Virus record (IMG/VR): IMGVR_UViG_3300045119_000323
Direction: 5' to 3' (one strand)
Origin: an uncultured virus (IMG/VR IMGVR_UViG_3300045119_000323)
Lineage: Duplodnaviria > Heunggongvirae > Uroviricota > Caudoviricetes
DNA length: 64,000 nucleotides
Under the pieces are notes generated by a model. It was not told where the DNA came from. It was given only the letters and a program-made list of their open reading frames with translations, and did not search any database. The translations under genes and the position numbers were made by a program. Of the stretch, positions 44,809 through 55,452 are shown one piece after another. Numbering within the stretch: position 1 is the stretch's first letter; every line of letters begins with the position of its first letter.

Positions 44809-45218
44809 ATGACCTACAAAGTGTATCTCACCATCGAGCTGCCGGAGACCTACGCCGACCGCGAGATGGCCATGGACGCCGCCGTCGAGGCGCTGCGCCA
44901 CGCCGTCGAGGTGCAGGTCACCAACGCCGACGTAACGACTCGACCCATCGAGGCGCGGGTGTTCGCCGAGGGAACCATCCTGCACGGCGGCAAGCGCGAA
45001 TTCATCGTCGACATCAACGATGGTGCGATCTGATGCCCACCCTGCCGGTCTCGGGCGACGCCATCGGCATCTGCCTGCAGATGTGCGCGCTCTACTTCAC
45101 CGCGCGCTGGTTCGCACTGTGCGAGGGCAACATGCTGGCAGCAGCGGTGGCGCTCGCTCTCACCACGATCAACCTCGTCGCGCTGGGCTTCACGCTGTGG
45201 CACTGGTTCGGGCTCTGA
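44809..45218 (+). CDS. Two small hypothetical ORFs (44809-45033, 45033-45218)
   Basis: AGGAG RBS; TGATG coupling. Confidence 0.6.
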
Positions 45219-45266
45219 AATAATCGTCAGGATAGAGTTGACAGTACCTGTCAGACCGTTCATAAG
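45218..45266 (+). promoter_or_regulatory. Repeated early promoter/operator, copy 2
   Basis: AAATAATCGTCAGGAT-n4-TTGACAGtacCTGTCAg...CATAAG with a 17-nt spacer. Confidence 0.8.
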
Positions 45267-45309
45267 ACTGCCACCGGGCACCACCGCCCGCCCACAGAAG
45301 GAACATGAA

Positions 45310-47434
45310 ATGACCTACGCCGTGATCTCCGACCGCCAAGTTGCCCACCGCGCCAACACCCGTGGCGAAGTCATCGTCCGCGTCGTCCGCGCCCGCCTCG
45401 ACGACGGCCGCTTCGTCGAAATCCTCTCGATCATGGACTGGGAGTCGGGCGTCCACATCCGCGACATCGAGGACTCTTTCGTCCCGACGGCGGCCGAACG
45501 CAAGGCGGCCTCCGAGGCGGCGGCCCCCAGCGACCTCGACGCTGTCCCGTATGGCTGCTGATCATGACCACCGTCCCCCTGATCAACAAGGCGCTCGCCG
45601 CGCGCGGCATCAAGGTCCGCATCGTCCGCAACCTGCTCGGCGGCTCGTACTACTACTTCATCGATGACGGTTTCGACGTCGTCCCCTCGATCTACCAGTA
45701 CACGCTGCGCGACTGCACCACCGAGAGCGTCGTGCGCCACGTCATCGCTGCACTGGAGGCAGCATGACCAACTACCTCATCGAATGGAACGGCCTCGCGT
45801 GGGTCGTCACCCGCGTCAAGACCTACCGGCAGGACATCGTCGGCAGCTACCCGACCAACGCCGAGGCGGTGGCCGGGATCGAATTCCAGAAGTCACTCGA
45901 CGAAGACAAGCTCCGCGACCGTTGCGGCTACTGACGACCAACCAACCCAAGGAGGGTACCATCATGACAACGACTCAGAATTCCGCTGCACTCACCGAAG
46001 CCGCCGCCAAGCTGGCCGACCAGATCGGCCTGCTCAAGGCCGAGATCGCGCCCGCGCTGGCCAAGCTCTCGGTGCTGGAGAAGCAGCTCAAGGCGTTCGG
46101 CGTCGGCAAGTTTGCCGGCGAGTACTACGAGGCCAACGTGTTCACGCAGGAGCGCGACACGCTCGATCTGGCGGCGGTCCGCGAGAAGCTCTCGGCCCAG
46201 TTCATCCGCGCCCACACCACGACCAAGGAGGTCACGGTCCTCAAGCTGACCGCGCGCCAGATGGTGGTGGCGTGACCGACCCCATGATCAATGCGCTCGG
46301 CAAGGCGGTCGCCAAGCTCGGCGGCCCCAACCGCGCCACCCGCATCTACAACGAGACCTTCGCCGGCCGGCGCGACATCTACGGCGAGCGCATCGAACGA
46401 CTCGCGCGGTCGACCCTTGAGACTTGGATCAAGGGCACCGCCAAGACCAAGGCGCGCGACGTCGTCGACCGCATGATCAAGCTGGGATCGCTGCCATGAA
46501 ACGACTCGCACTGACACTCGCTCTTGTGTTTGCGTCACACGCTGCCGTGGCGGCCAACGCATCGGTTGATTGGATTTACGAGAGATCGGAGATTCGGCTC
46601 GATCAATTGCGTGACACATGCGCGGCAAGTTTGAACAACGGCATGTTGTGCTGGGTGAAGGTGGCTCGCGACGAGGCGGATGCTCTTCGTAATGCCAAGG
46701 ATTGGCTAGAAACCTGCAACAGACATCCCATTACACGTTGTGACGCTCTGCGTGATTACGTTCGCCAGCGGTGGGGGTTCTGATGAACGACCTCAAGCGA
46801 CAGGCCGACGCGCTGCGCCGCGCCCGTCGTACCATCAGTGAGCTGCGCGCAATCTTGGCCGACGTCGAAACTTATTTCGACCGGGACAACCCCGGCAACA
46901 TGCGCGCCCGCTCTGAAATCTACCAGAGGGTCCACCGGGCCCTGCATGGCGACAAGACTGCCAACAACGAAAGGAACGACTCGTGAAGACCATGCTGATC
47001 TCTCTCGCCATCCTGCTCGGCGGCGCGACCGCCGCCTACGCCGACTGCCACTACGAGACCTACACCGTGAACGGCCACATCTCGACCTGCTGGGTGTGCT
47101 GGTTCGGCGGCCAGAAGACGGTGACCTGCTCATGAGCCACCTGTGGGTCCTCAACGCAGATCGCACGGTCGAGAAGATGGACGACGTCGTCGAATGGTCT
47201 CGCCGGTTCGAGATGGACAATCGAGTCGTCGGCTCCGAGGAGATCGGCTCGACCATCGTGTCGACCGTCTTCCTCGGCATCGACCATAACCACAGCCACG
47301 GTCGGCCGGTGCTGTTCGAGAGCATGGTCTTCAAGGGCCCGCTCGACGGCACCATGCACCGCTGGCACACCTACAACGAGGCCGAGGAAGGCCACAGACG
47401 CCTCGTGGAGAGGGTCCGCGAGGCGCAGGCCTAG
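45310..47434 (+). CDS. Run of nine small early ORFs (45310-45561, 45564-45767, 45764-45934, 45964-46275, 46272-46499, 46496-46783, 46783-46986, 46992-47135, 47132-47434)
   Basis: Tightly coupled starts and stops with normal codon use; two have signal-peptide-like N-termini; no family recognised. Confidence 0.65.
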
Positions 47435-48168
47435 TCCTCGTCGTCCTCGTCGTCGGCCTCCTGAGCCGGCTTCTTGGCCTCTACCGCCGGCTTGGCGGTG
47501 GGGGCCGGGCCGGCGGGTGTCGCCGGCAGGCGGCCGAACATCCATTCGGGGGCCTTCTCAAACAGCCGGCCGAACGCCTCGGACAGGAATATCGAGCTGG
47601 CAATCACGTCCAGCGTGGCCTCGCGGTCCTCCTGATGGTCCAGCGCGTTGACGACGTAGATCGAGCCGTAGGGCACGATATGGGCCACCTCGACGTCGTT
47701 CTCGGCGAACGCCAGCCGCATGCACATCGCCGCGACCTGCCCCTCGAAGGCGGCCCGCGCGTCGTCGGCCGGCAGCTTCTCCATGGCGGTCCGCAGGTTG
47801 CCGGCGAGCGTCTGGCGCTCCTGCATGGCAATCGCCGCCGGGTGCTTGTTGGTCATCATGCCGAAGACGTTCCAGCACGCCTCGTTGATCTCGGGGATGC
47901 GCAATCCCGACAGGGCGATCCGGATAACCGCGAGGCAGGCCCGCCAGCGCGCCGTCGAATCGACGATGCCGACGGCCGACTCGATGAGGTCGGTGCCGTT
48001 CAGCCGGTCGCCGACGTTCTGCTCGGTGCGGACCCGGAACACGATGCCGCTCGACATCCCCTTCATGGCGTCCCACAGCCCCGGCTGCGCGTGGATGACG
48101 GGCGCGTTGCGCCACTGGAAGTGATCGGGCAACTGAACACCCGGCGTGATGACGTAGGCGGTTTTCAT
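47431..48168 (-). CDS. Hypothetical protein, 245 aa, acidic tail
   Basis: GGAG RBS; codon bias. Confidence 0.75.
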   Translation of the reverse strand: MKTAYVITPGVQLPDHFQWRNAPVIHAQPGLWDAMKGMSSGIVFRVRTEQNVGDRLNGTDLIESAVGIVDSTARWRACLAVIRIALSGLRIPEINEACWNVFGMMTNKHPAAIAMQERQTLAGNLRTAMEKLPADDARAAFEGQVAAMCMRLAFAENDVEVAHIVPYGSIYVVNALDHQEDREATLDVIASSIFLSEAFGRLFEKAPEWMFGRLPATPAGPAPTAKPAVEAKKPAQEADDEDDED

Positions 48169-48365
48169 TGGTGCAGTCTCCGGTAATTACGCCAGCTTCC
48201 GCGCATCACGTTCTTGTAGCGCGGCAGGCGTTTCTTCTTGGCAACGACTCGCTTGGGCAGCCATTTCCTGTCGAGCGGTATGACATGCCGCAATCGAAGA
48301 CAGAACCTGATCGGTCCGGTGTACGGTGGCGGCCGTATCACCGCGACCGGTGATACGGTATCCCT

Positions 48366-49169
48366 TCAAAACGGAATCGAATCGTCTCCGCGTGCGTCGG
48401 TGTCCATCGTGCGCTGCACGGTTGCCGTGGTCGGGGCGGAGCGCGCCGTGCCGGCCTCGATCTGCTCGCGCAGCTTGGCGGCCTTGGTGTAGATCGCCTT
48501 GCCGCCCGTGACCTGCAGCACCATCGCGCCGGGCTCGATTTTCCAGCCGAACCAGTTGCCCTGATCGTTCGACTCGCCGACCGTGGTGAGCGCATAGAAC
48601 CGGCTGTAGATCGGCGGGTTGAAGCGGCTGCCGTCCGGCTTGGGCAGCTCCAGCATGTTGATCAGCGTGTTGAGCCGGCGGCTCTTCTTGTACTGCGCGC
48701 CGCTCATTTTCAGCGTCACCGGCATGGTCGCGCCGTCCTCGAACACGATCAGGCCGTAGTAGGTGGCGCTCGGCACGATGTCGTTGCCCTCGGCGGTCCG
48801 GTGCGTGCCGTAGTCACCCTGCGCGGCGTCGTAGCCGCTGGCGTCGGTGCCCCACTGCTTGACCATGCCGCCCCGGTTGGGCTTCCATTCGGTGTAGGTC
48901 ACCTCGTACTTGACCGGCACGAACGCCACCTTCTGGCGGGTCTCCATGGTCAGCGTGTCGAGGATGTCGCCCGGCCGCGCGCTCTCGATGAACTCCGGCT
49001 CGTTGCGCATGATGTAGGCCGACGTCGCCTGCACGATCAGCAGGTACGGGATCAGCAGGTCTTCCTGCTTGAAGTCCTGCGTCGGTGCCGATGCGCCCAT
49101 CAGGGCGAGGTCTTCGGCGGTCAGGGCGACTGCGCCGTTGGGCTGGGTCACGGGGACGTTCTCGGTCAT
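48366..49169 (-). CDS. Putative ssDNA-binding/annealing protein, 267 aa
   Basis: DLLIPYL.IVQ..S, EWKP..GG and N..G.W.GW motifs; SSB-like DDSIPF C-terminus. Confidence 0.65.
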   Translation of the reverse strand: MTENVPVTQPNGAVALTAEDLALMGASAPTQDFKQEDLLIPYLLIVQATSAYIMRNEPEFIESARPGDILDTLTMETRQKVAFVPVKYEVTYTEWKPNRGGMVKQWGTDASGYDAAQGDYGTHRTAEGNDIVPSATYYGLIVFEDGATMPVTLKMSGAQYKKSRRLNTLINMLELPKPDGSRFNPPIYSRFYALTTVGESNDQGNWFGWKIEPGAMVLQVTGGKAIYTKAAKLREQIEAGTARSAPTTATVQRTMDTDARGDDSIPF

Positions 49170-49702
49170 GTCTGTTCTCCGTTGGTGGTCTTGGTGAAGC
49201 GGGCGCGCGGGAACACCGTGATGCCCAAAAGCGTGAGCGGTGTCGGCCGGCCCTCGACGACGCGGTCACGCATGCGCGCCCCCAGCGTGCGCGGGTGGAT
49301 GCCCTCCTCGAAGGCGACCTTGGCGTTGCCGAGCGCCGCCAGCCGGCGCGCCTCGGCCTCGGCGACCGTGCGGTCACCGCGCGCCCACGACGAGACGACC
49401 TTGCATTCGATCAGCTCCTCGTAGCCGTTGGCGACCAGCCATTCGATGGCTTCGGCGCGCTGCGCCGGGTCCTTGGGCAGCGAGCCTTCGGCCAGCGTCG
49501 TCAGGGTGACCACGCTGCCGTCGCGCAGCACGAGCTGCCGGATGCCGGCCTCGTGGAACAGTTCCGGCAGCACGCTGCGTTCGAGTCGTTTGCGACTGTC
49601 TTCCAGAGTTTCCAGCATCTTGTTGGTCTGCTCGATGTGCATCATCACCTGATGCAGCTCCTCGCAGGCGACGCTGAGTCGTTGGTTTGAAATCTCCGGC
49701 AT
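49166..49702 (-). CDS. Conserved phage replication-module protein, 178 aa
   Basis: LPE...E.G....L.DG, AIEWL..NG and IHP.TL motifs. Confidence 0.7.
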   Translation of the reverse strand: MPEISNQRLSVACEELHQVMMHIEQTNKMLETLEDSRKRLERSVLPELFHEAGIRQLVLRDGSVVTLTTLAEGSLPKDPAQRAEAIEWLVANGYEELIECKVVSSWARGDRTVAEAEARRLAALGNAKVAFEEGIHPRTLGARMRDRVVEGRPTPLTLLGITVFPRARFTKTTNGEQT

Positions 49703-49703
49703 G

Positions 49704-50054
49704 TCACGCCCCTCCCCGAATTCTCCCAGTGTTCATCTCGACGCTGACCGCGCGGTCGTCCCACAGCTCGATCATTGCGAAGTCCTTGATGTTGGTGACG
49801 GCGAGGCGCGGCAGGTCGCACTCGGCCTCTAGCCAGTCCTGAATGATGCGCGTGATCGCCGCGACGTCGCGGGTGTGGCGGCCATCGCCGGGATAGACCC
49901 GCGCGGTGAAGATACGGACCTCGACGCCGTTCCTGAGCCAGACGTGGATGCGCTCAAGCATGGCCGGGACGGGAGGGCCGATGTGGCCCTCCCCCTGCCA
50001 GCCCTCGTAGTGGGCCAGCGTGCCATCGAGATCGACGCCAATCCAGCCGGCCAT
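49704..50054 (-). CDS. HAD-superfamily phosphatase-like protein, 116 aa
   Basis: WIGVDLDGTLA, IFTAR, K...WDDRAV. Confidence 0.85.
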   Translation of the reverse strand: MAGWIGVDLDGTLAHYEGWQGEGHIGPPVPAMLERIHVWLRNGVEVRIFTARVYPGDGRHTRDVAAITRIIQDWLEAECDLPRLAVTNIKDFAMIELWDDRAVSVEMNTGRIRGGA

Positions 50055-50593
50055 CAGGCGTCCTGCGCCTCGGGCTCGACCGGGGTCGGGATGCCGATGC
50101 GGTCGTCGCCGTCGATCCGGCCGCACACGAAGACGGCATGATACTTGCCGGCCTCGTCCTTGCCGATGCGGACCTCGAAGAGGTCTTCCGGCTTGCCGCC
50201 GGGGCAGACACCGGCAAAGGTCACGCCGCCCATCTTCACCAGCATGATGTCGCCCGGCAGGGTGGTGACGCACTCCTTGTCGAACGTGCCGATGTCGCCA
50301 TCGTCGACCGTCGGGAAGTCGGCGCGGGTCTTGTTGATCTCGGCGTAGGCCGCCCAGTTGACCAGCGAGCCCGGCACGGTGCGCGGCAGGCGGAAGCCCT
50401 TGGCCGCCCCGGCGAAGGTCAGGCTGAACCGCCTGAGCGCGGTCTGCTTGTCGATGCCGGCATCCTCGGCCCGGCTCAGGGCGAGCGCGACGCGGCTGCG
50501 CAGGAAGTCGACGACGGCGGCCCGCATGTCGAAGGCCAGCGAGGCGCGCTCATTGTCGACCTCGACCGGGAAGACCTTTGAAGTCATTGCCAT
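50054..50593 (-). CDS. Hypothetical protein, 179 aa
   Basis: AAGGA RBS; first gene of a leftward unit. Confidence 0.7.
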   Translation of the reverse strand: MAMTSKVFPVEVDNERASLAFDMRAAVVDFLRSRVALALSRAEDAGIDKQTALRRFSLTFAGAAKGFRLPRTVPGSLVNWAAYAEINKTRADFPTVDDGDIGTFDKECVTTLPGDIMLVKMGGVTFAGVCPGGKPEDLFEVRIGKDEAGKYHAVFVCGRIDGDDRIGIPTPVEPEAQDA

Positions 50594-50657
50594 AGTATGT
50601 CCTTTCCAAAAATGGCCTATTTGTTGGGTGCCGCCGGCCAGTAAGGCGGCATCGACC

Positions 50658-50760
50658 TTTATGGACCCCTTCCTGTCCACAGTCAACGAAATCGACAGGA
50701 CAAAATTCGACAGGATAATGTGATTCGGCTGTTGACCCTGCGTCCTGAGTCGTTCATAAC
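50658..50760. promoter_or_regulatory. Divergent promoter pair of the TTGAC-N17-CATAA class, with two TCGACAGGA boxes between them
   Basis: Minus: TTGACT (50686-50681), 17 nt, CATAAA. Plus: TTGACC (50732), 17 nt, CATAAC. Boxes at 50692 and 50707. Confidence 0.75.
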
Positions 50761-50803
50761 GATCTCACGGCCGCCGGCCGCCAACCCAAAGAGGTTCCGC
50801 AGA

Positions 50804-52066
50804 ATGACTGTGCTTCGCAAATTCGGTGTCGAGATGGAGTGCTTCCACCCGACGCATTCCTCGTCCACCAGCCACCGCAACCTGCCGGTCGCAATCCGCG
50901 CCATGGGCTTCCAGTCGGTCGGTGCCAACTACAGCGGACGCGACTACGACGTCTGGCAGGTCAAGCCCGATGGCTCGCTACGTCGTTCTGCGCGCGACGA
51001 CGACGGCGGCATCGAGATCGTCGCCCCGACGCTGCCGGCCACGCAGGCCTCGTTCGACCAGATCACCAAGGTCGCCAACTACCTCGGCGCGAACGGCTAC
51101 GACGTCAACGTCTACTGCGGCATGCACATCCACATCGACGCCGCCGACCTCACGCTGCAGGAAGCCTCGGCCGTGGCGCTGCGCTACCACCACTGCCAGT
51201 CGCAGATCGACGAGATCATGGCGCGCAGCCGGCGCGGCGGAACGTGGTCGAACCGCCTCGACAGCGGCGCACTGCGCAAGGTCGTCGAGGCGGTGACCGC
51301 CAGCAACGCCCGCGTCGTGTGGGGCCACCACGAGCGTCGCGTCGCCGTCAACCTTGAGCACGTCCACAAGGGCCGCCCCGACAAGCGCATCGAATTCCGC
51401 CAGCATCAGGGGACGCTGAACGCCGCCAAGATTCTCGGCTGGTACAAGTTCCTCTGCGGCTTCGTTGCCGAGACCGTCCGCCTCGTGCGGCAGGGCGGCA
51501 ACCTCGCCCAGCCGACCGCAGTCGTGCCGGTTCCGCACGCTGTTCCCGCCCTCGTGCGCCGCCAGCGCACCCGTCGCGGCACCACCCGCTCGGTGGTGGT
51601 CGGAACGACTCCACCGACCATCCCGCAGATCGACGTCGGCACCGACTACGACCTGTTCCTCAACCGCATGGCCAACGAGGGCGTGGTCACCCAGCAGGAT
51701 GCGCGCAGCTTCGGCTGGCCGGAGACCCGCCTGCGCGTCACCGCCCACTGGCTGCGCCGCCATGGTGCCGAGCTGATCACGACGCAGCGCAACGGCGAGT
51801 TGGCCTATGTCGGCGGCAACGGCGCGCGCACCCGCGCGGAAATCTTCGCCAACCCGGCGCAGATTCGCCAGCGCATCGAGGCCGCCCCGCTGGCGTCGGC
51901 CACGTTCTCGACCATCGCGGCGACTGCGCCGCAGCGCGCCGCCGGCCGCGATCTGGCCGACCTGCTGACGCGCACCAATGCGCTCGACGGTCTCGATGAC
52001 GAGACCAAGGCGTGGTTCAACATCCGCCGCTCTGAGATCGCAGCGGCCTCCGCAGGGAGGCCGTAA
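50804..52066 (+). CDS. Amidoligase (COOH-NH2 ligase) with a C-terminal extension, 420 aa
   Basis: FGVEME, W.VK.DGSL, EIVAP, CGMHIH, NL, IEFRQH.GT. Confidence 0.9.
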   Translation: MTVLRKFGVEMECFHPTHSSSTSHRNLPVAIRAMGFQSVGANYSGRDYDVWQVKPDGSLRRSARDDDGGIEIVAPTLPATQASFDQITKVANYLGANGYDVNVYCGMHIHIDAADLTLQEASAVALRYHHCQSQIDEIMARSRRGGTWSNRLDSGALRKVVEAVTASNARVVWGHHERRVAVNLEHVHKGRPDKRIEFRQHQGTLNAAKILGWYKFLCGFVAETVRLVRQGGNLAQPTAVVPVPHAVPALVRRQRTRRGTTRSVVVGTTPPTIPQIDVGTDYDLFLNRMANEGVVTQQDARSFGWPETRLRVTAHWLRRHGAELITTQRNGELAYVGGNGARTRAEIFANPAQIRQRIEAAPLASATFSTIAATAPQRAAGRDLADLLTRTNALDGLDDETKAWFNIRRSEIAAASAGRP

Positions 52067-52923
52067 TGCCCGACGCAGTCCCCATGACCGTCCTCAAGGT
52101 CAGTCATCACAACGCGCAGCACATCGCGACGCGCTACCCCTACGCCGCCTACGGATCGAACCTGATGATGGCGCAGATCAACGAGCGCTGCCCGCGCGTC
52201 GAGCTGGTCACCGCCGGCTCGCTGATTGGCCACCGCCTCGACTTCGCGAAAGTCGCGACGATCACGGCCGACAGGGAGTCGTCGGTCCCGGTCGGCATCT
52301 ACGCGCTGAACGCCACCGACATCGAACGCCTCGACAAGAAAGAGGGCATGGGCCGCGTCTATGACCGCTTTCTCGTGACGCCGATCACCGACGACAACCG
52401 GGCGCTGCGCTGCTTCACCTACATCAAGCGCGACCACGTTCTGGAGCCGCCGACGCCGGAGTATTTCGGCAAGCTGCTGCACGGCTATCGCGACTGGCAC
52501 TTCGACGACCGCCGGCTGCGCCGGGCGCGCGAGCGCGCCGTCGAGGCGTGGGATGCGGCGGCTCCGGCGCGCGCCGCCGCCGACCGGATGCTGCACAAGA
52601 TGGGCTTCCGGCATGGCGACAAGTCGGGCGTGCGCTGGCAGTCGGCCGGTGAGGCGTGGCGGCAGGGCGACATGTGGGAGCCCGAGGGCAGCAACGTCGT
52701 GCCGCTGCACCACGCAGCCAAGCGCTACGTCACGCTGCGCCACGATCAGGTTGAATGGGGCCAGCGCGGCGAGGATTTCTACTTCCGCCAGAAGGGCACG
52801 CGCGTGTGGTACAAAGACGTCTCCGGCCACGAGCATGTCAGCGCCGGCATGGTGTGCGGCGAGCTGGCGACCAACCTGCCGGGGGCGGGAGCCTACAAAC
52901 CCATCGAGAAGGGCAAGGGCTGA
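52066..52923 (+). CDS. Gamma-glutamylcyclotransferase (GGCT/AIG2-like) with a C-terminal extension, 285 aa
   Basis: Y.AYGSNL...RCP, LD..EG...Y, P...Y...L..GY. Confidence 0.85.
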   Translation: MPDAVPMTVLKVSHHNAQHIATRYPYAAYGSNLMMAQINERCPRVELVTAGSLIGHRLDFAKVATITADRESSVPVGIYALNATDIERLDKKEGMGRVYDRFLVTPITDDNRALRCFTYIKRDHVLEPPTPEYFGKLLHGYRDWHFDDRRLRRARERAVEAWDAAAPARAAADRMLHKMGFRHGDKSGVRWQSAGEAWRQGDMWEPEGSNVVPLHHAAKRYVTLRHDQVEWGQRGEDFYFRQKGTRVWYKDVSGHEHVSAGMVCGELATNLPGAGAYKPIEKGKG

Positions 52924-54881
52924 TGGTCCGCCGCATCGACGACTCGCGACAGGACGAGCTGGGGCTGATCGAGGTGCCACGCACCTTCCATGCCCCGGCC
53001 GACTGGGTGCCGCCGTCGTTCATGCCGGAGCTGTCGGGCATGGTGGCGCTCGACGTCGAGACCAAGGACCCCGGCATCAGCGAGGGCCGGGGATCATGCT
53101 GGCCGCTGGCAGGGCAGGGCTTCGTCTGCGGCGTCGCACTGTGTTCGCGCGACTTCAAGGTCTACTATCCGCTGGCCCACGCTGCCGGCAACATCGTGCA
53201 TTCGCACATCGTCTTCTGGTGCTGGTTGCGCGAGCAGGCGGCCAAGCCTGACGTCACCTTCGTCATGGCCAACGCGGCCTACGACACCGGCTGGCTCAAG
53301 CGCCACGGAATCGTTCTCGCCAATCCACCGCGCGATGTGCAGGTCATGGCTTTCCTGCTCGACGAGCATCGCAAGAGCTACGCCCTGTCGGCGCTGGCGC
53401 GGGACAATCTTGGCCGTGACAAGCAGACCCTGCTGCTGGTCGACATGGCGCGCGCGCTGCATATCGCCAATCCGATGGCGAACATGGACAAGCTGCCGGC
53501 GTGGATCGTGTCGCCCTACGCGGTCGAAGACGCCGTGCTGACCTACGATCTCTATCACAAGCTGTTGCCCAAGCTGGAAGCCGAGGAGCTGGGACGTGCC
53601 TTCGATCTCGAATCACAATGCACGCTGGTCACGGTCGACATGCGCTGGGAGGGCGTGCGGATTGATTCGACACTGCTCGAAGGCACCGGATTGCTGTTCG
53701 ATAACTGCTGCGAACGTGCGCTCAAGACGGTTCGGGACATTACCGGCGTCCACATGCAGCCGTTCGAGAACGACTCGGCCATGAAGGCGCTCAAGATCGA
53801 GAACAGCGGCGTCGTCTTCGGCACCACCGCGACCGGGCGCGACAGCGTCGCCAAGGCGGTCCTGCAGGGCATCGGCTCGCCCGTCGCCAAGGCGATCCTC
53901 GAAGCCCGCATGTACGACAAGTACAAGTCGACCTTCGTCGACAGCATGCAGAATTTCATCCATCGCGGCCGGGTCCACGCCGAATTCCATTCAACGCGAA
54001 ATTCTTCCTCGAACGACGAGTACCTCGACGACGACTCGGTGTTCGGTGCGAGCAGCGGACGCTTCGCCTCGTCGCATCCCAACTTGCAGAACATTCCGGT
54101 GCGGACCGAGGAGGGCCGCATGATCAGGGATTGCTTCATTCCCGATGACCGCGACAGCATGTGGGCCAAGCTTGACTATGCTTCGCAGGAGCCGCGCCTG
54201 ACCGTTCACTTCGCCAACCTTGCGAGGATCAGCGGCCGGCCGCTGCGCGGCGCGGCCGACATGGTCGCGCGCTTCAACGCCAATCCCCTGCTCGACCTGC
54301 ACGGTGAGACGGCGCTGCTGATGGGCGTGCCGCGCCAGCACGCCAAGGTGATCAACCTCGCGCTGGCCTACGGCATGCAGGGCGCGTCGCTCTGCCGCTC
54401 GCTCGGCCTGTCGACCAAGTGGATCACGTCGCGCCGAACCGGCCAGCTCGTCGAGGTGGCCGGCGACGAAGGCCAACGACTCATCAACAAGCACAGCGCG
54501 GAGGTGCCCTTCATCAAGGGCATCTTCGATCTGGCCAAGGAGACCGCGCAGTCGCGCGGCTACGTCAAGACCATCATCGGCCAGCGCATCCGCTTCGAGC
54601 GCTACGGCGACGGCAACTACGCGCGTGTCCACAAGGCGCTCAACGGCGTCATTCAGGGTTCTGCCGGCAACCAGATGAAGATGGCGCTGGTCGCGCTCAG
54701 ACGTGAAGGCCTGCCGAGCAACCTGACGGTGCACGACGAAGCCAACAAGTCGGTGCCCAAGGGCGAGGCGGGCGAGCGCATGATCGACCGCATGGTCGAG
54801 ATCATGGAAGATGTCCTGCCGCTCGCCGTTCCCGTCATCGCCGAAGCCAAGACCGGATCGTCGTGGGGCGCTTGCCGTTGA
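52923..54881 (+). CDS. polA: Family A DNA polymerase with 3'-5' exonuclease, 652 aa
   Basis: ExoI LDVET, NAAYD, YAVED; SGRF.S..PNLQNIP; motif A DYASQEPR, motif B R..AKVINLALAYG, motif C VHDE. Confidence 0.95.
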   Translation: MVRRIDDSRQDELGLIEVPRTFHAPADWVPPSFMPELSGMVALDVETKDPGISEGRGSCWPLAGQGFVCGVALCSRDFKVYYPLAHAAGNIVHSHIVFWCWLREQAAKPDVTFVMANAAYDTGWLKRHGIVLANPPRDVQVMAFLLDEHRKSYALSALARDNLGRDKQTLLLVDMARALHIANPMANMDKLPAWIVSPYAVEDAVLTYDLYHKLLPKLEAEELGRAFDLESQCTLVTVDMRWEGVRIDSTLLEGTGLLFDNCCERALKTVRDITGVHMQPFENDSAMKALKIENSGVVFGTTATGRDSVAKAVLQGIGSPVAKAILEARMYDKYKSTFVDSMQNFIHRGRVHAEFHSTRNSSSNDEYLDDDSVFGASSGRFASSHPNLQNIPVRTEEGRMIRDCFIPDDRDSMWAKLDYASQEPRLTVHFANLARISGRPLRGAADMVARFNANPLLDLHGETALLMGVPRQHAKVINLALAYGMQGASLCRSLGLSTKWITSRRTGQLVEVAGDEGQRLINKHSAEVPFIKGIFDLAKETAQSRGYVKTIIGQRIRFERYGDGNYARVHKALNGVIQGSAGNQMKMALVALRREGLPSNLTVHDEANKSVPKGEAGERMIDRMVEIMEDVLPLAVPVIAEAKTGSSWGACR

Positions 54882-54912
54882 CAATCCTGTCGATAAATGA
54901 GAGACTGACGCC

Positions 54913-55367
54913 ATGATCAAACCCATCCGTATCACCCACGAATCGCTCGACCGGCAGGAGGCTCTCCTGCTGGCATCCCTCGAACGCACCGCGAAGATCA
55001 GCGACGTCATGGTCTACGCACGGGCCAAGGCTGCTGCGGCGACCCGGCTAAAGATCATCGACGACCAGAGGATCGAGCTGCTGGCGGGCGTCAAGTGACC
55101 GCCCGCTTCGACCCGTGGAATTGCCCACACTGCGGCTACCTGATGGACTCCGCATCGCATGCCGCCGACGGTGACGTGGTGCCGGCCGAGGGCGACGTAG
55201 CGGTCTGCATCAACTGCGCCGAGCCGCATACGCTGGCCGGCGGCACATGGCGGGCGCTCACCGACGACGAGCTGATCGACATGACGCTGGAGGAGAAACA
55301 GGCCCTGTCGCGCGTCCAGCAGACGATCCGCAGGCTGAACGAGGCCGGCCACGAGCCTGAAAAATAA
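54913..55367 (+). CDS. Two small ORFs (54913-55098; 55095-55367 Zn-finger)
   Basis: Coupled; CPHCG...CINC in the second. Confidence 0.65.
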
Positions 55368-55410
55368 TCGTCAGGATGGTGTTGACAGCATCTGTCAATG
55401 GGCCCATAAA
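55362..55410 (+). promoter_or_regulatory. Repeated early promoter/operator, copy 3
   Basis: AAATAATCGTCAGGAT-n4-TTGACAGcatCTGTCAA...CATAAA with a 17-nt spacer. Confidence 0.8.
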
Positions 55411-55452
55411 CCGGTCCTCGGCCAATACCGGCCGCCAAAGAGGAGTCTCAAA

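Noticed and set aside
52755..52922. N-terminal extension of the polymerase in the ORF track
   Set aside because: It overlaps the GGCT gene; the TGATG-coupled ATG at 52923 is the more plausible start.
33642..54881. Inteins or introns in terminase or polymerase
   Set aside because: Lengths and motif spacing are ordinary; no splice-junction or homing-endonuclease signatures seen.
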